Shown in pieces: positions 53,106-64,000 of a stretch of 64,000 nt of DNA (position 1 is the stretch's first letter; every line of letters starts with the position of its first letter). The notes below the pieces were generated by a model that did not search any database, had not been told where the DNA came from, and saw only the letters and a program-made list of their open reading frames with translations. The position numbers were made by a program, and so were the translations under genes. The stretch is from Diplonema japonicum. Taxonomy: Eukaryota > Protista > Euglenozoa: Diplonemea. The DNA is taken from assembly GCA_964019335.1 (NCBI GenBank), contig OZ025744.1, positions 1 through 64,000 of the forward strand. Reading direction: 5' to 3'.

Positions 53106-55280
53106 TCACTCTGTTGCACTTGCTTCTACAGCTTCAGGCGGGGCACTGGCCCCCGAATCGAGCAGGCTTGTTGTTTCCTGTATCCATTTTACAAATAAAA
53201 AAAAAAAAAAACACACCTCCTCCCTGACAGAAACCAGCCCAAGTGACGTGTGCACCTCGCTCTGAACGCACTCGCGGTTCTTCTTCGAGAAGATGGGGCT
53301 CTCGGACCTTGAGGGGGTCACCGTGATGGTGGTGTCAATGCTAGCAGCCACATTCGTTCCTTCCGTCTTTAAAGTAAGACAGACCGGTGTGGGGGCTTCC
53401 TCTGCCTCCTCGGCGTTGCTCTCAAGCAGCGTGTTGTACACACAAGCAATCTTTTCCCGTAGACTGAGGGCACCCTTGACCATCTCAGGCGGGGTCCCTA
53501 TCCCCTCGATGGTGTAGGGACTCGTCTCGATACTGCTTTGTTCAGCGTACAGTTCTGACACCCACCGTGTGTACACCTCCCTAATATCCTCACCCGCCGA
53601 TCCCAGCCCTGTTCTTGTGAAGTACCCATCGCCCCATTCCTTGGCCGCGTGCAGGAAGAACTCGGCGCATCTATGTGTGGTTTCTTTTTCAAAAAAAAAA
53701 AAAAAAAAAAAAAAACATACTCATCAGTAGAGTCCTGTTGTGTGAGGAGCTTAACGCCAGCTTTCATGACTTCAAGTTGCTCCGCGTGCGGGGCGTCCTA
53801 ATTATTATTATTACTATTTCTTTTTTTTAATCCACACCCATGACATCAACCTCAACGCAGACAGTACAACACCAGTGGTGTGGTACGCTGCTGGCGAAGT
53901 GCTCTTCTGGAGGATCTGCGAGGCCAGCGTGCCGCCCTCTTCCTTGGCAAGGCGTTGCGAGACACGGTGTAGAATCGCCTCGTGCTTCCTGATTGGGGAC
54001 AAGTGCGTGTTGTCTTCTGTAGGCTGCGGGGAGACACACAATGAACGCGGCATGGACGATGTGCCCAATGGGGGAAGGATCCGGGAGGACCTAGAGGACG
54101 TGGGGGAGAGAAGCAGGGAAAGTGACGACGGGGGTGATGGGTTCAATAGAACAGACGGTTTAACCTGGCTAGCGACCGGGAGCGGAGGATGCGGCTCGAA
54201 GGTTGCCGTGAAACTGGAGTACAACGAGGGATCGACCTCAAGCACAGGGTGCTCAAACGACAGAAAGAAATCCAAAAGAAGCTCCAGCAACTGTGATGGT
54301 GCCGCCTTCGCCACTACCTCCCAACCTTTTGCGGAAAGCTCCTTTTTCAATGCACACGGCTGTCTCCCTGTATTGGCGGATACAAGCCTCACAAACATCT
54401 CGCATATTTCCCCGCCTTTCTCAGTTAGACCGCTTTCGCTGAACTCCTTGTCCACCTCGTCGAGGAGCTTTGTCGTGATCAGGTGGGCTATTTTCGGGAC
54501 GTACTTCAGCGCTCTTCCCTCTTGACCGTGCAGGGCCTTGGCTTGTCTTGAAAGGTAGGCTTTCAGATTCTCGCCTTCCTTGGGGAAAATTTGCGCCAGA
54601 CCTGAAAGATACGAGTAGAAATCCATCGTGAACTTCAACTGCCTGGCTGTTTGGATAGAACCAGGCCGTTGCTGGCGAACCCTTTTGATGGTCTCTTCTG
54701 CTGTTAGTTTGTATTCGTACATCACCCAGCAGGCTATCATTAGGCCTGTTCTTCCCAGCCCAGCGTGACAGTGCACGAGAAAACGCTCTTTTTTAGAAAC
54801 ATGGTCACACATTACTTGAACAGTCCTCAGGACTATGTCGTAGTCAGGCGTGCACATGTCGGGCCATGGGAAGTTGTAGTGTGAAATGCCATGTGGCATG
54901 AGGTCCTTTTCTGGGTTGTATGTGAAGCCTGATTCAGGGTGCAAGCCGCCTTGTGGCCCGCAGAAAGGATGTTCGCCTGTTTCTTGCAGATTAAACACCG
55001 CTTTTACATTGAACTCTTTGAACTGTTGGATTATTTCGTATTTGTCGATGAGTACGGTGGCGGGGCGCTGGCTGGCGATGGCCCAGTTTTCCACCCAGTT
55101 GGAATGGAGTCCTTTTATAGCCACGTGGGTGTTCCGCCGCTTTATGGCGTGGGACCAGTCTTCGTGCTTGCAGCTCTTTCCCCTGCAGAACCTGCAGTGA
55201 ACTTGTTGTCGTACTTTGTCTAGCAGCCGTCCGCCCACTATGCTTTCAACCTTCGCCAAGTCATTTGACACCCACGTCAT
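53106..55280 (-). CDS. PTPDC1: Protein tyrosine phosphatase domain-containing protein 1
   Basis: CKHEDW, GLHSNWV, ASQRP, NLQETGEHPFCG, FTYNPE, WPDM, VHCHAGLGRTG, RPGSIQT; introns 53798..53837 and 53671..53720. Confidence 0.88.
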
Positions 55281-55773
55281 CGCATCTTTGTTATGATTAG
55301 AGCGATTTCCTTTTTTCTTTTTTTATTATTTTGTTCTGTTTTTTTTTTTTAATTTTATGGACTGGTCGAGGGAAAAAGCAAGAGAAAAAAAAAATAAAAA
55401 AACGTTTTTTTTTTTTCTTTTCTTCTGCTTTTGGCTGATATTTTTTTTTCAAAAAAAAAAGGGGGGAAAGTGAAGGATGGAGGGGAGGATTTGGAAACAA
55501 AAATAGCTTTTTTTTAAAAAAAAAAAAGGAGATTAGATGGGGGGAGGGGAGGCTTCTATATTCGTAAAGGGGGAAATTAGCATAATTTCGTGGCCGGGGA
55601 AGAAGAAAAATATATGCGTTGCGAACCTTTTCCCCTCCCCCCCCCCCCCTTCTTCTTTTCAATTTCACACTCAACCACAAAGAGAAAGAAACAAAAATAA
55701 AACCTTTGTGCGTGCACGGGTAAAAAGAAAAATGTCTCAACAATGCCACACCCCTACTCTTTTTTTTTTTTAA

Positions 55774-57537
55774 CCATCTACCAACGGACCATTTTTGCCC
55801 ACCAGGGGGTAAATTTTCAAAACTTCAAAAAAAGCTATTCTAGCGCAACGCCGGGGCTATATGCCCCCGGAAATGCCTCCAGATGTCCCAATTCTAGAGA
55901 GAGGGTGCCCACAGCAGGGCCCACCCCCACAACATTGTCAAAAATATCGTTCCTGAAGTGCTCGAGAGGGGGTACAAAAAACAAGTCAAAAAAAATCGAC
56001 TGTAAAATTCTATAAAAAGCTATTTAAGGCCTTCTTGACGCGGTTCGTACGTGCCCCAGGGCTGGGGGACTTCTTTTTTGACCCCGAGAGGGGTTTCTGG
56101 GGGTATCCCCGGCAAGGTGGCAGTCTTTGAAGCACGGAGTCACGCAAAGTACTTGAAATGCTTGTACCGCACGTTGCACTACTTTTTCGGGGAAATGGTC
56201 CCAGAAGGTACTGTCACGGCGCATTGGGGTCTCAGAGCACTCGTTCTGTGTTTCGGGGCATGGTATTGGGGCAGCCTGCTCTGTAGTTGACTTTATCTGT
56301 TGTTTAGACTGCCTCCCTAGTAGCCCTTCGATGACTGCCTCTTTGAAAGGCGTCAATACACTGTCGTTCGTACTCAGGGTGTTGGGGGGCAAGGCTTCTT
56401 TCCAAACAAGCCAAGCATTCGCCAGAGATTTACCTAACAAGTACGAAAATACTTTTAGGGGCCACTTTTAAGTCATAAGGGTGCGTTTATGGCGTTTTGT
56501 CACAGCATCACCCAGGTCGGTTCCGCCCATTGCGGTGTTGTAAATATGCACTTGGTGGGGAACAAGATGTCCTTTCCGGCTTTCATTCTCTTTTGGCGGA
56601 CGGTCAAATTTGACTTCACTGGAACATCCAACGTCGATAGAAAGCACACAGGCTTGATGTCATGCCACGTTGTGGTGCAAAGGATGCTCGCGTGCTGGTG
56701 GAACTGTGTCCCCACGGGATGCGCGTCCTTGGGCTTGCGGCCTCGCTTCTTTGGGGCATCCATGATCTCCGGGAGGCCTTCGCGATAGGTAGAAGTCAGC
56801 ACGCTTGTTTGTTTCGCTGTGGAAACACAGATTTCCCAGAATAGTCAAAAAGCGGTCTCTTGACATGACGGTGGCGTACCCAGGGGTGTAGTTGAGAAAC
56901 GTGGAGCCAGTGCACCAGTAATCAGAATAATCTGGCTTGATATCCAAGTCCATCGACAAAAGGACACCTAGGAAGGTACGCAGAGAAGCAGCATCGAGAT
57001 CCAGGGAAGCACCTTTTTTAGCCGCATTTGCCACATTGTTCGAAGTTATGACCCGAATAAAGTTTGGGACGAGCATTTGGGAGAATATATGGAATGGCGT
57101 TGAGCCTCTGATGTCAAAACAGGGTCCACAAGGATTCCGATCTTCACGAAACCGGATGCCTTCCAACTGCTCCGGCTTTGCCGTCCAATCACCCTGCTGT
57201 GACTCGGAATCGGTCGAATTCGTGTCAGAATCACTGTTTGTATCAAAATTGCATAATAGGGATGAGCCATCAGTGCTACCATCACTCATGACGTCCTCTT
57301 CCGGCCTCTTTCCGGGCGCCTTTTTTTGAAGTGATTTTTAAGGGTAAATTTGGGCTGGCGTTTTTTTTTATTTTTTCATTTTCTTGTTAAGTTAGGGCAG
57401 CATTTAGTTTATATTTTTCATATTTTCCGCGCAGGACCCCGCCGGCAAGAAAGGGCCGGGCCGTATTGCATTGAAAGCCCTTTGCGTAAAAGATTTTTTT
57501 TCAAATCGTCTATATATAGACGCTCGTTGATAGATGG
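55774..57537 (-). mobile_element. Defective piggyBac DNA transposon (internally deleted, frameshifted transposase)
   Basis: TTAA at 55770-55773 and 57538-57541; TIRs CCATCTACCAACG / CCATCTATCAACG (12/13 match); transposase pieces LRTFLGVLL…DYW…MSRDRF, WHDIKPVCFLST, NAWLVW, LCVTPCF..CH. Confidence 0.9.
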
Positions 57538-58111
57538 TTAAATTGCAATTCACTGTGTCAATATATTGCTTTTTTTTTCTTTTTCTTTATTCAAACAAAA
57601 AAAAACAAAAGGGAAGCCCCCCCCCCCCCCATCTGACCTACAGTATGTATCTTCCTTTTTCTTTTCCCGTCAACCAAGGGCGCTGGACGAAGGGGAAAGG
57701 GAATACACACAAGTGACCCCCCCAGAGCTATGCCCAAAAAAAAAATCCCCCCCATCGTTTTTTTTTTTTTTTCCTTTTTTTTCTTTCTTCTCTTGCCTCT
57801 CTCAAGCATGCTTATGCACAAAACCATATTTTCTCAAAAAAAAAAAGAAAAACACGCGAGAGATCCGTAAAAAAGGAGGAGAAACAAGGGGGGGGGGGGG
57901 GGGGAACGGAAAATCTTTTAAAAAAAAAGGGGGGGTGGTTGGGGAAGGGAAACGAAAAAAAAAAGAAAGATGTCAGAGTGGGGGGAGGGGGGGGAGGAGA
58001 GGGAAAAGGAGGAAAAAAAAAAATTCCCCCCTACCCCCCTACCCCTCCTCCTCTCCGCGTTAATACGTTTTGTATTTTTATCAAAAAAAAAAATCAAAAA
58101 AAAAAAAATCA

Positions 58112-59338
58112 TCATTTGAAGGACTGGATATCAGTGATGGCACGGCCAAGGATAAGCCCATGCACGTCATAGGTGCCCTCATAAGTGATGACGGACTCCA
58201 GGTTGAGCGCGTGCCTGATCACATCATACTCGTCTACAATCCCGTTCCCACCGAGCATGTCCCTGGCCTCGCGGGCGATCTTGATGGACTTGCCGGTGGA
58301 GTACCGTTTGAGCATGGAGATAGCCTCAACAGAGAGCTTACCCTCGTCCTTCAACCGCCCGACCTGAAGGCAGGAGGCAAGCCCGACGGAAATGTCAGTT
58401 GTCATATCGGCAAGCTTTGTCTGGATAAGCTGGTTTGCCGCCAACGGCCTCCCGAACTGTTTCCTGTCCATGGTGTACTCCCTGGCCCTGTGGAAGCACG
58501 ACTCGGCAGCGCCAAGCGCACCCCACGCAATCCCGTACCTAGCAGACGACAAGCATCCGAAAGGCCCGGAAAGTCCTTTAGCATTGGGCAGGATGTTCTC
58601 CTTGGGGACCTTCACGTTGTCCATTTGGATCATGCCTGTGGGGCTTGCCCTCAACGACATTTTCCCTTCGATTTTAGGGGTTGTGAGGCCCTCCATTCCC
58701 CTCTCCAGGACAAACCCCCTTATGACGCCGTCAAGCTTGGCCCACACTACCATAACGTCGGCGATGGGGGCGGATGTGATCCACATCTTCTGCCCGTTGA
58801 GGATGAAGTGGTCACCGTCGTCTACAGCCTTGGTGGTCATGGAACCGGGGTCCGACCCGGAGTTGGGTTCAGTGAGGCCGAAGCAGCCAACAAGCTCTCC
58901 AGAGCACAGCCCGGGGAGGTACTTCTGTCTTTGTTCTTCAGTACCGTATGAGTAGATAGGGTGCATCACGAGGGAGGACTGAACCGACCAGGCAGACCTG
59001 AAGGACGAGTCGACGCTTTCGATTTCACGGGAGATCAGACCAGCAGCGACGGAGGTGGTTCCTGCGCAGCCGTAGCCCTCGATGGTGGGGCCCATGAGGC
59101 CAGCGTCACCGAGGCCCTCGAAGACGGTTTTCCTGTCGAACTTCTCGTTCCTCCACCAGTCCTGCACCACAGGGCGCAGCACTTGGTCGCAAAAGGCTTT
59201 GGCGGCTTCGGCAACCATCTTCTCCTCGTCCTTCAGCATCTCGTTGATCCTCAAAGGGTCGTTAAGGTCATACGGGGCATAACCCGAGGCAGCCCTGGCA
59301 CTTTGCTTCGCCACACATCCCCTCATTGTCTTCATCAT
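58112..59338 (-). CDS. GCDH: Glutaryl-CoA dehydrogenase, mitochondrial
   Basis: [68 protein letters not shown]; basic N-terminal presequence. Confidence 0.95.
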   Translation of the reverse strand: MMKTMRGCVAKQSARAASGYAPYDLNDPLRINEMLKDEEKMVAEAAKAFCDQVLRPVVQDWWRNEKFDRKTVFEGLGDAGLMGPTIEGYGCAGTTSVAAGLISREIESVDSSFRSAWSVQSSLVMHPIYSYGTEEQRQKYLPGLCSGELVGCFGLTEPNSGSDPGSMTTKAVDDGDHFILNGQKMWITSAPIADVMVVWAKLDGVIRGFVLERGMEGLTTPKIEGKMSLRASPTGMIQMDNVKVPKENILPNAKGLSGPFGCLSSARYGIAWGALGAAESCFHRAREYTMDRKQFGRPLAANQLIQTKLADMTTDISVGLASCLQVGRLKDEGKLSVEAISMLKRYSTGKSIKIAREARDMLGGNGIVDEYDVIRHALNLESVITYEGTYDVHGLILGRAITDIQSFK

Positions 59339-60315
59339 TTTCTCTTTTCTCTTTTCTTAAATCAGGCTGAGATGAAGTTTTGATTTTGATTTTCAAGAAT
59401 AAGGAGGAAAAAAAAAAAAGTGTTTTGAAGAAACGGATATGAACGTAAAGGGGAGGGGGAGCAGGAAAAAAAGAAAAGGAAAAGAGAAAAAAAAAAAAAA
59501 AAAAAAAACCACAACAGAAAGAAACACGTTTTTTTTCTTCTTTTTTTTTCTTTCTTTTTTTTTTAAAAGATGGGGGGGGGAAAGAGATGAAGAAAGACAT
59601 GAAAGATGTGAAGCAAACCCTCCCCCACTCTCACCTATGGCTTGAGGTAAAACAAAGAAAAAAAGGAAGAAGAGAGAGAGAAAAAAAAAGAGTATTGGAA
59701 GTCATGACATTAGCTACGGGTGTGACAACTGGAAAGAAGAGGAATAGAAAACGGAGTCGATATGTAACCCGCAGATGAAGAAATAAACCAACAATATTCC
59801 GCAACTCTCCCTATTTCTTTTTTAAAACGGTTTGGAATTCAACTTTGTTGTTAAAAAAAAGGGACACGAACATTACAAAGGAGGGCAAAAAAAAAAAAAG
59901 AAAATCGTAAATAAATGGGGAACACGAACCACCGAAAAAGAAAAAAAAATGAATAAAAACTCTTCCAGATCAAAGGAAGACCGGTTTTCCTGTTTGAACT
60001 TAAAAAAAAAAAAAAAAACACACACACATTTCGGGTGGGCGGGGGGGGGGGGTAAAATATCTTTCTTCACGATTCAGGGAGAAGCAACTGAAAAACAAGA
60101 AACAAATAACAATATATAAAAGAGTTAAAGGAGGCCGGTTGTTGGCGGTGCCCTGCACAAGAATTGTCTACTTGATTTAGTTTGCTGCCTGTTCGCTACC
60201 CTGAGCATCTGCGTTACGTTTTGGAGGTCAACAGCGAACAAACACATTTGATGTACTTCTTATTTTCCCACCACCAATAACAAAAAAAAAAAAAAAAAAA
60301 ACCCCCCGACAACAA

Positions 60316-62220
60316 TTAATCCTCCGAGACTTCACTGTTACTATCTCTGCGGGTGTGTGAAATACAGTATTTTCTTTTTTCCCCTTTTGCATACTGGTAT
60401 CGGTCTTCCACAAAAATAGGTTTTCTCGGCGCGGGCAGAGACTGCCTGATGCTGCGAATCCTCCTCCTACGCACAGCCCTGTCCCGCCTCTTGCGGTATC
60501 GCATGTAAACAGGCCCACCGACGATAATCCCAAGCTATTTTTTTTTTTTTTTTTTTTTTTCCCCACATACCGCGGCAACACCAAAGACAACAGCAAGGGC
60601 GATGGCCTCGCCGTTGCTCATGACGGAGTCGGGAGAAGGCGGTGGTGTAGCTGATATCCCAACGGCGTAGGCTTGCCCTGCCGACGCGAGGAGGACCGCC
60701 TTGCCCGCAACCTGTCCCAAGGGCTCCCCCTTGATCGACAGATTCGCCGCAAAGCCAGTCCCCCACGCGACTACTGAACCGTTCGCCTTGATGGCGGCAA
60801 AGGCGCTTCTGCTGCTGCAAACCTTGTCAACGCCTTCTTCAAGGTCCTCATAGACAGAGGGGTCCACATCGATGTTGCCCCATGTCACCACCTTGCCTGA
60901 GGTGAGGAGGGCTGCGTAGGCGAACTGTGCGGAATAGACGGTCTCCACGTTGCTGGCTAGCAGTTCTGAGACGGAGCTTGCGTTGCCCCCGCAGCAGCTG
61001 ACCAGCCCCCCCCAGGCTGCCGCTGCCCAGTTCGATTTGAACGATGTTTTCAACGCAACGAATGTGTCTAAGTTGGACGCTATGCCCTTGACGCCTACGA
61101 GCTGCCCTGCTACTGTGCTGCTGTTCGACCCTGAGCTCGTCCGCCCCCATGTCACCACGGTCCCGTCCTCCTTCCACGCCGCGAACGTGTATGAGTTCCC
61201 TGTCACGCCCACAACGCCTCCTGCTAGTTCTGCCTGTACTGTAGTGTCGTCGCCACCGCCGCTGCTGGCGCCCCATGCCACCACGTCGCCCCCCAGCATG
61301 CGTGCTGCGAACGCGGTTTTTGTGCTGCTGACCTCCATCACATACGAGATGTCAGGTGCCGCAACGCCACCTCCCCATGACACAACAGTCCCGTTGGTGG
61401 TCAGCACTGTGAAGGATGTGTCACTGGAGTAGACGGTGCTCACGTCCTGACGCAGGAGCTGTGCCACAGTCGACATGTCCCCGCCTGCTGTAGAGGAGCC
61501 CCATGTCACAACGCTGCGGTCCTGTTTCACTGCTGCGAAGGCCGACGCGCTGCCGTAAACAGCAACAACACCCGACGAGAGGAGGGAGGCGACAGTGCTG
61601 GAGTTGCCACCACAGTTGTCGCCTGTGCTGCATGACTTACCCCATGTGAAGACCTGTCCGTTGTGGGAGATGGCGGCGAAGGCTTGCGCGGTTGACACAA
61701 TGTCTGCCACTGTGTCAGTGATGACACCTGTCGCATCACCACCGTAGTCGGGGTCACCCCATGCCACTACAGTGCCATCGACTTTCAGAGCAGCAAAAGC
61801 CCATTCGTTGGTATAAACAGACATCACTCCGTCTAGCAAGCTCGCGCCAACTGTAGTGCTGTCGCCCCCGTTTGATGACAGCCCCCATGTCTGCAAACGT
61901 GCACCCCTTGCGCAGATGGCCTGAAAGGCTGTCGAGCCTCCTTGTAACTTACCAGCAGTGTTGAACCACATCAGCTGCTGTTCAGCGTTGTAGAAGCATC
62001 CTTTAGGGTGTGATACGTCATTCACGATAGTCATGCTGGTGTTCTGAAGCTTCAAAGCAAGGTCTTGCCCGGCCTCCACACACCTTGATTGGAAGATTAG
62101 ATGATCCAGCCCGTCATTACACCTGCTGTTGGACATTAGGTAGTACTCGCTATGCGTGTTTGGGCATTCTCCTTGCCACCATGCCGACACAGCCAAGCCT
62201 ACCAACAGGCCAATGTGCAT
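60316..62220 (-). CDS. Type I membrane protein with a Cys-rich module and extracellular RCC1-like repeats
   Basis: Signal peptide and repeated AFAA…DG.VV.WG…GGD units. Removing intron 60535..60570 completes the TM helix (AIALAVVFGVAALGIIVGGPVYM), followed by RYRKRR. Confidence 0.8.
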
Positions 62221-62350
62221 GGGTTATGGTTTGCACCCACCCACCCCTCTGCCCACCACGCCTGCAATGCTACGTATATTTTGTAAAAGAGAGATAAAAA
62301 AAAAGAAATAACTGTGAAAAAAGAAAATAGTACTGAGATGGGGTTTCTAG

Positions 62351-64000
62351 TTAACTAACCAGCCAGCTTTTAGAATACGGCTTCCCGTTCAGCTTCCGGA
62401 CTGCCATGCCGTCTCCTGAGGCATTCCACCCACTCCATGTGGGGCTGTACTCAGAGGCTTCGAATTTAGCACGTTTCGGATAGTTCGTCTTGCCTCTGAC
62501 CACTTTGATCTGCGGGAGAAGTACACCTTGCCGTTTGTTTGTGTGAAGAATTTTCATGGGGGAAGACTGCCGGATCCAACACTTGGTACGGGTTCGTATG
62601 TCAGGGCAAATACCGTGCGACATGATTTCGCCTGAGAGTGGTGTGCACTGGGTGAAGGTTTGCTGCGGCTTAGGCCGCCTGACGAGACGCTGCGAGACCA
62701 CTGCTTTGCGGCTAGTTTTCTGGATGTACTTCGACCACTTGAACCCGTCTGTTATGATCTCCTTCATGCTGCTAGGTAGAGCTTCCATAGAAGGTGATGT
62801 TGGCGGTAGTACGTTCTCACGTTGGTAGTCTTCTTCAGGTCGCTGTTGTTGTCGGGGACGAAAAGCCACCGCTGCAGGAGGCGCTTTTGCTAACAAGTGG
62901 GTTTGGAAAAACCTAAACTTCATGCGCTTTTTCACCTTCGCTGCAAGAGGCGTTGTCGAGGGTTCGCTGTCCTGCAGCTCTGTGTCACTGCAGGACTCCT
63001 CTTCATTTTCGACTTCTGCTTCTTCTTCTTCTGTCTCAGCCTCCTCTACTTCCTCCTTCTTGATCACGTTTTTTTCTTCCTTCTTCAGCAGCAACATGAT
63101 CTGCTTCCCTGTCTTGTAAAAGACTTCGTACTGCTGCACCATTTTCGAAAAGTTGTATCCTTTGTCTACAACTTCGCCTTCGTTGGGCTTTGCCGCACCT
63201 GATGTGTCTGGCGGCGCTTCTGCGTCCGTCTTCTTTTTCTCAGCAGCGTTGGTCTGCAGCACTTGGTACAGGCTCACCCCGTCCTCCTCCTCTTCTTCTT
63301 CGTCGGACGCCCCTTCTTTTGCAAGGATGGAGCTCTTGTTGATCATCTTGAATGATGAGAATCTTCGAGACATGCCCATCTCCCGCATCTGTGCTGCAGG
63401 GTTGATGGGCCATGGGACGTCGTTGTAAAGATTGTGCTTCGTCGTGTCCAGCTGGTAAAGCCCGGGGAGCTGTGACTTGGCTAGTGACGTGACGCGTTCG
63501 CCCCACATGGTCCACAGCACCACGTAACAATCCCTCCCTGCCGTCATCACGCACACAGGACTGTCCACTATCTGAAGCGCTGTCACCCCCTCTTCGTGCG
63601 CCTTCCATGTGTGCAGTAATTTTGCCGACGTGCAAGGCATGGACCCTGCCGACGGGCGGCGCAGCCCTCGCATTCCTACATCCGGCGTCATCGCCCCGTG
63701 CCGACCACCACTGCCCACATGTGTCTCGATCCCTTCCTTGATGCTGTACAGGTTGATGATACCCAAATCGTCCGCCGTGTACAGCAACGCAAGCTCGGAG
63801 TGAAATGCCATCAACACTACGCTAGGTGTGTACCTAGTGCTGGTGCTGTGGTTGTTCACCCACCGCGACATGCAGGTGTACGGGTGCGCCACGTTGGGTC
63901 CTGAGAGGGTCCATGTGTGGAGACCGCCACTGCAGTCGGAAACAGCAAAGCACGGATACGGCTTCAGAGGTATGACACATGTCACCTCCGATGTGAGCGG
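62351..64000 (-). CDS. WD40-repeat protein, 5' part outside the window
   Basis: WKAHEEGVTAL…MTAGRDCYVVLW and LYTADDLGIINLY; acidic then basic tail. Confidence 0.75.
   Translation of the reverse strand, partial: PLTSEVTCVIPLKPYPCFAVSDCSGGLHTWTLSGPNVAHPYTCMSRWVNNHSTSTRYTPSVVLMAFHSELALLYTADDLGIINLYSIKEGIETHVGSGGRHGAMTPDVGMRGLRRPSAGSMPCTSAKLLHTWKAHEEGVTALQIVDSPVCVMTAGRDCYVVLWTMWGERVTSLAKSQLPGLYQLDTTKHNLYNDVPWPINPAAQMREMGMSRRFSSFKMINKSSILAKEGASDEEEEEEDGVSLYQVLQTNAAEKKKTDAEAPPDTSGAAKPNEGEVVDKGYNFSKMVQQYEVFYKTGKQIMLLLKKEEKNVIKKEEVEEAETEEEEAEVENEEESCSDTELQDSEPSTTPLAAKVKKRMKFRFFQTHLLAKAPPAAVAFRPRQQQRPEEDYQRENVLPPTSPSMEALPSSMKEIITDGFKWSKYIQKTSRKAVVSQRLVRRPKPQQTFTQCTPLSGEIMSHGICPDIRTRTKCWIRQSSPMKILHTNKRQGVLLPQIKVVRGKTNYPKRAKFEASEYSPTWSGWNASGDGMAVRKLNGKPYSKSWLVS

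Noticed and set aside
57566-58951. K/F/G-rich intergenic ORFs and long antisense ORFs such as 58070..58951
   Set aside because: Products of homopolymer tracts or shadows of minus-strand genes.
1-64000. CRISPR array, Fanzor/TnpB nuclease, rRNA/tRNA genes, alternative genetic code
   Set aside because: No repeat-spacer pattern, no RuvC motifs and no RNA-gene signatures seen; ORF breaks are explained by canonical mini-introns.

Overview
Eukaryotic nuclear DNA, most likely a euglenozoan of diplonemid type. This is inferred from about 28 host genes all on the minus strand, homopolymer-rich intergenic DNA, and many tiny (33-51 nt) GT-AG introns. Recognisable genes: nitronate monooxygenase, TRM13-like methyltransferase, cytochrome P450, Orc1/Cdc6, C2CD5-like, TVP15-like, a Mib/HERC2-domain protein, a receptor pseudo-cyclase/kinase, MKS1 with a PDZ insert, an RRM-LOTUS protein, PTPDC1, glutaryl-CoA dehydrogenase, an RCC1-like surface protein and a WD40 protein. 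Mobile DNA: two related non-LTR retrotransposon copies flanking a bacterial-type DUF5071 gene, a TTAA-flanked defective piggyBac, and two small fold-back elements. The most notable feature is a gene rebuilt by hand from four ORF-track pieces by removing four mini-introns (21727 down to the N-gap at 18576). It encodes an N-terminal TM helix, a catalytically dead caspase-like (C14) domain, an Apaf-1-like NB-ARC, a helical domain and the start of WD40 repeats, i.e. a candidate membrane-anchored NLR/apoptosome-like protein. At the left edge, an unlisted ~500-codon ORF runs straight into a (GGGTTTGC)n array in non-telomeric orientation. All domain calls are by motif recognition only; no searches were run.
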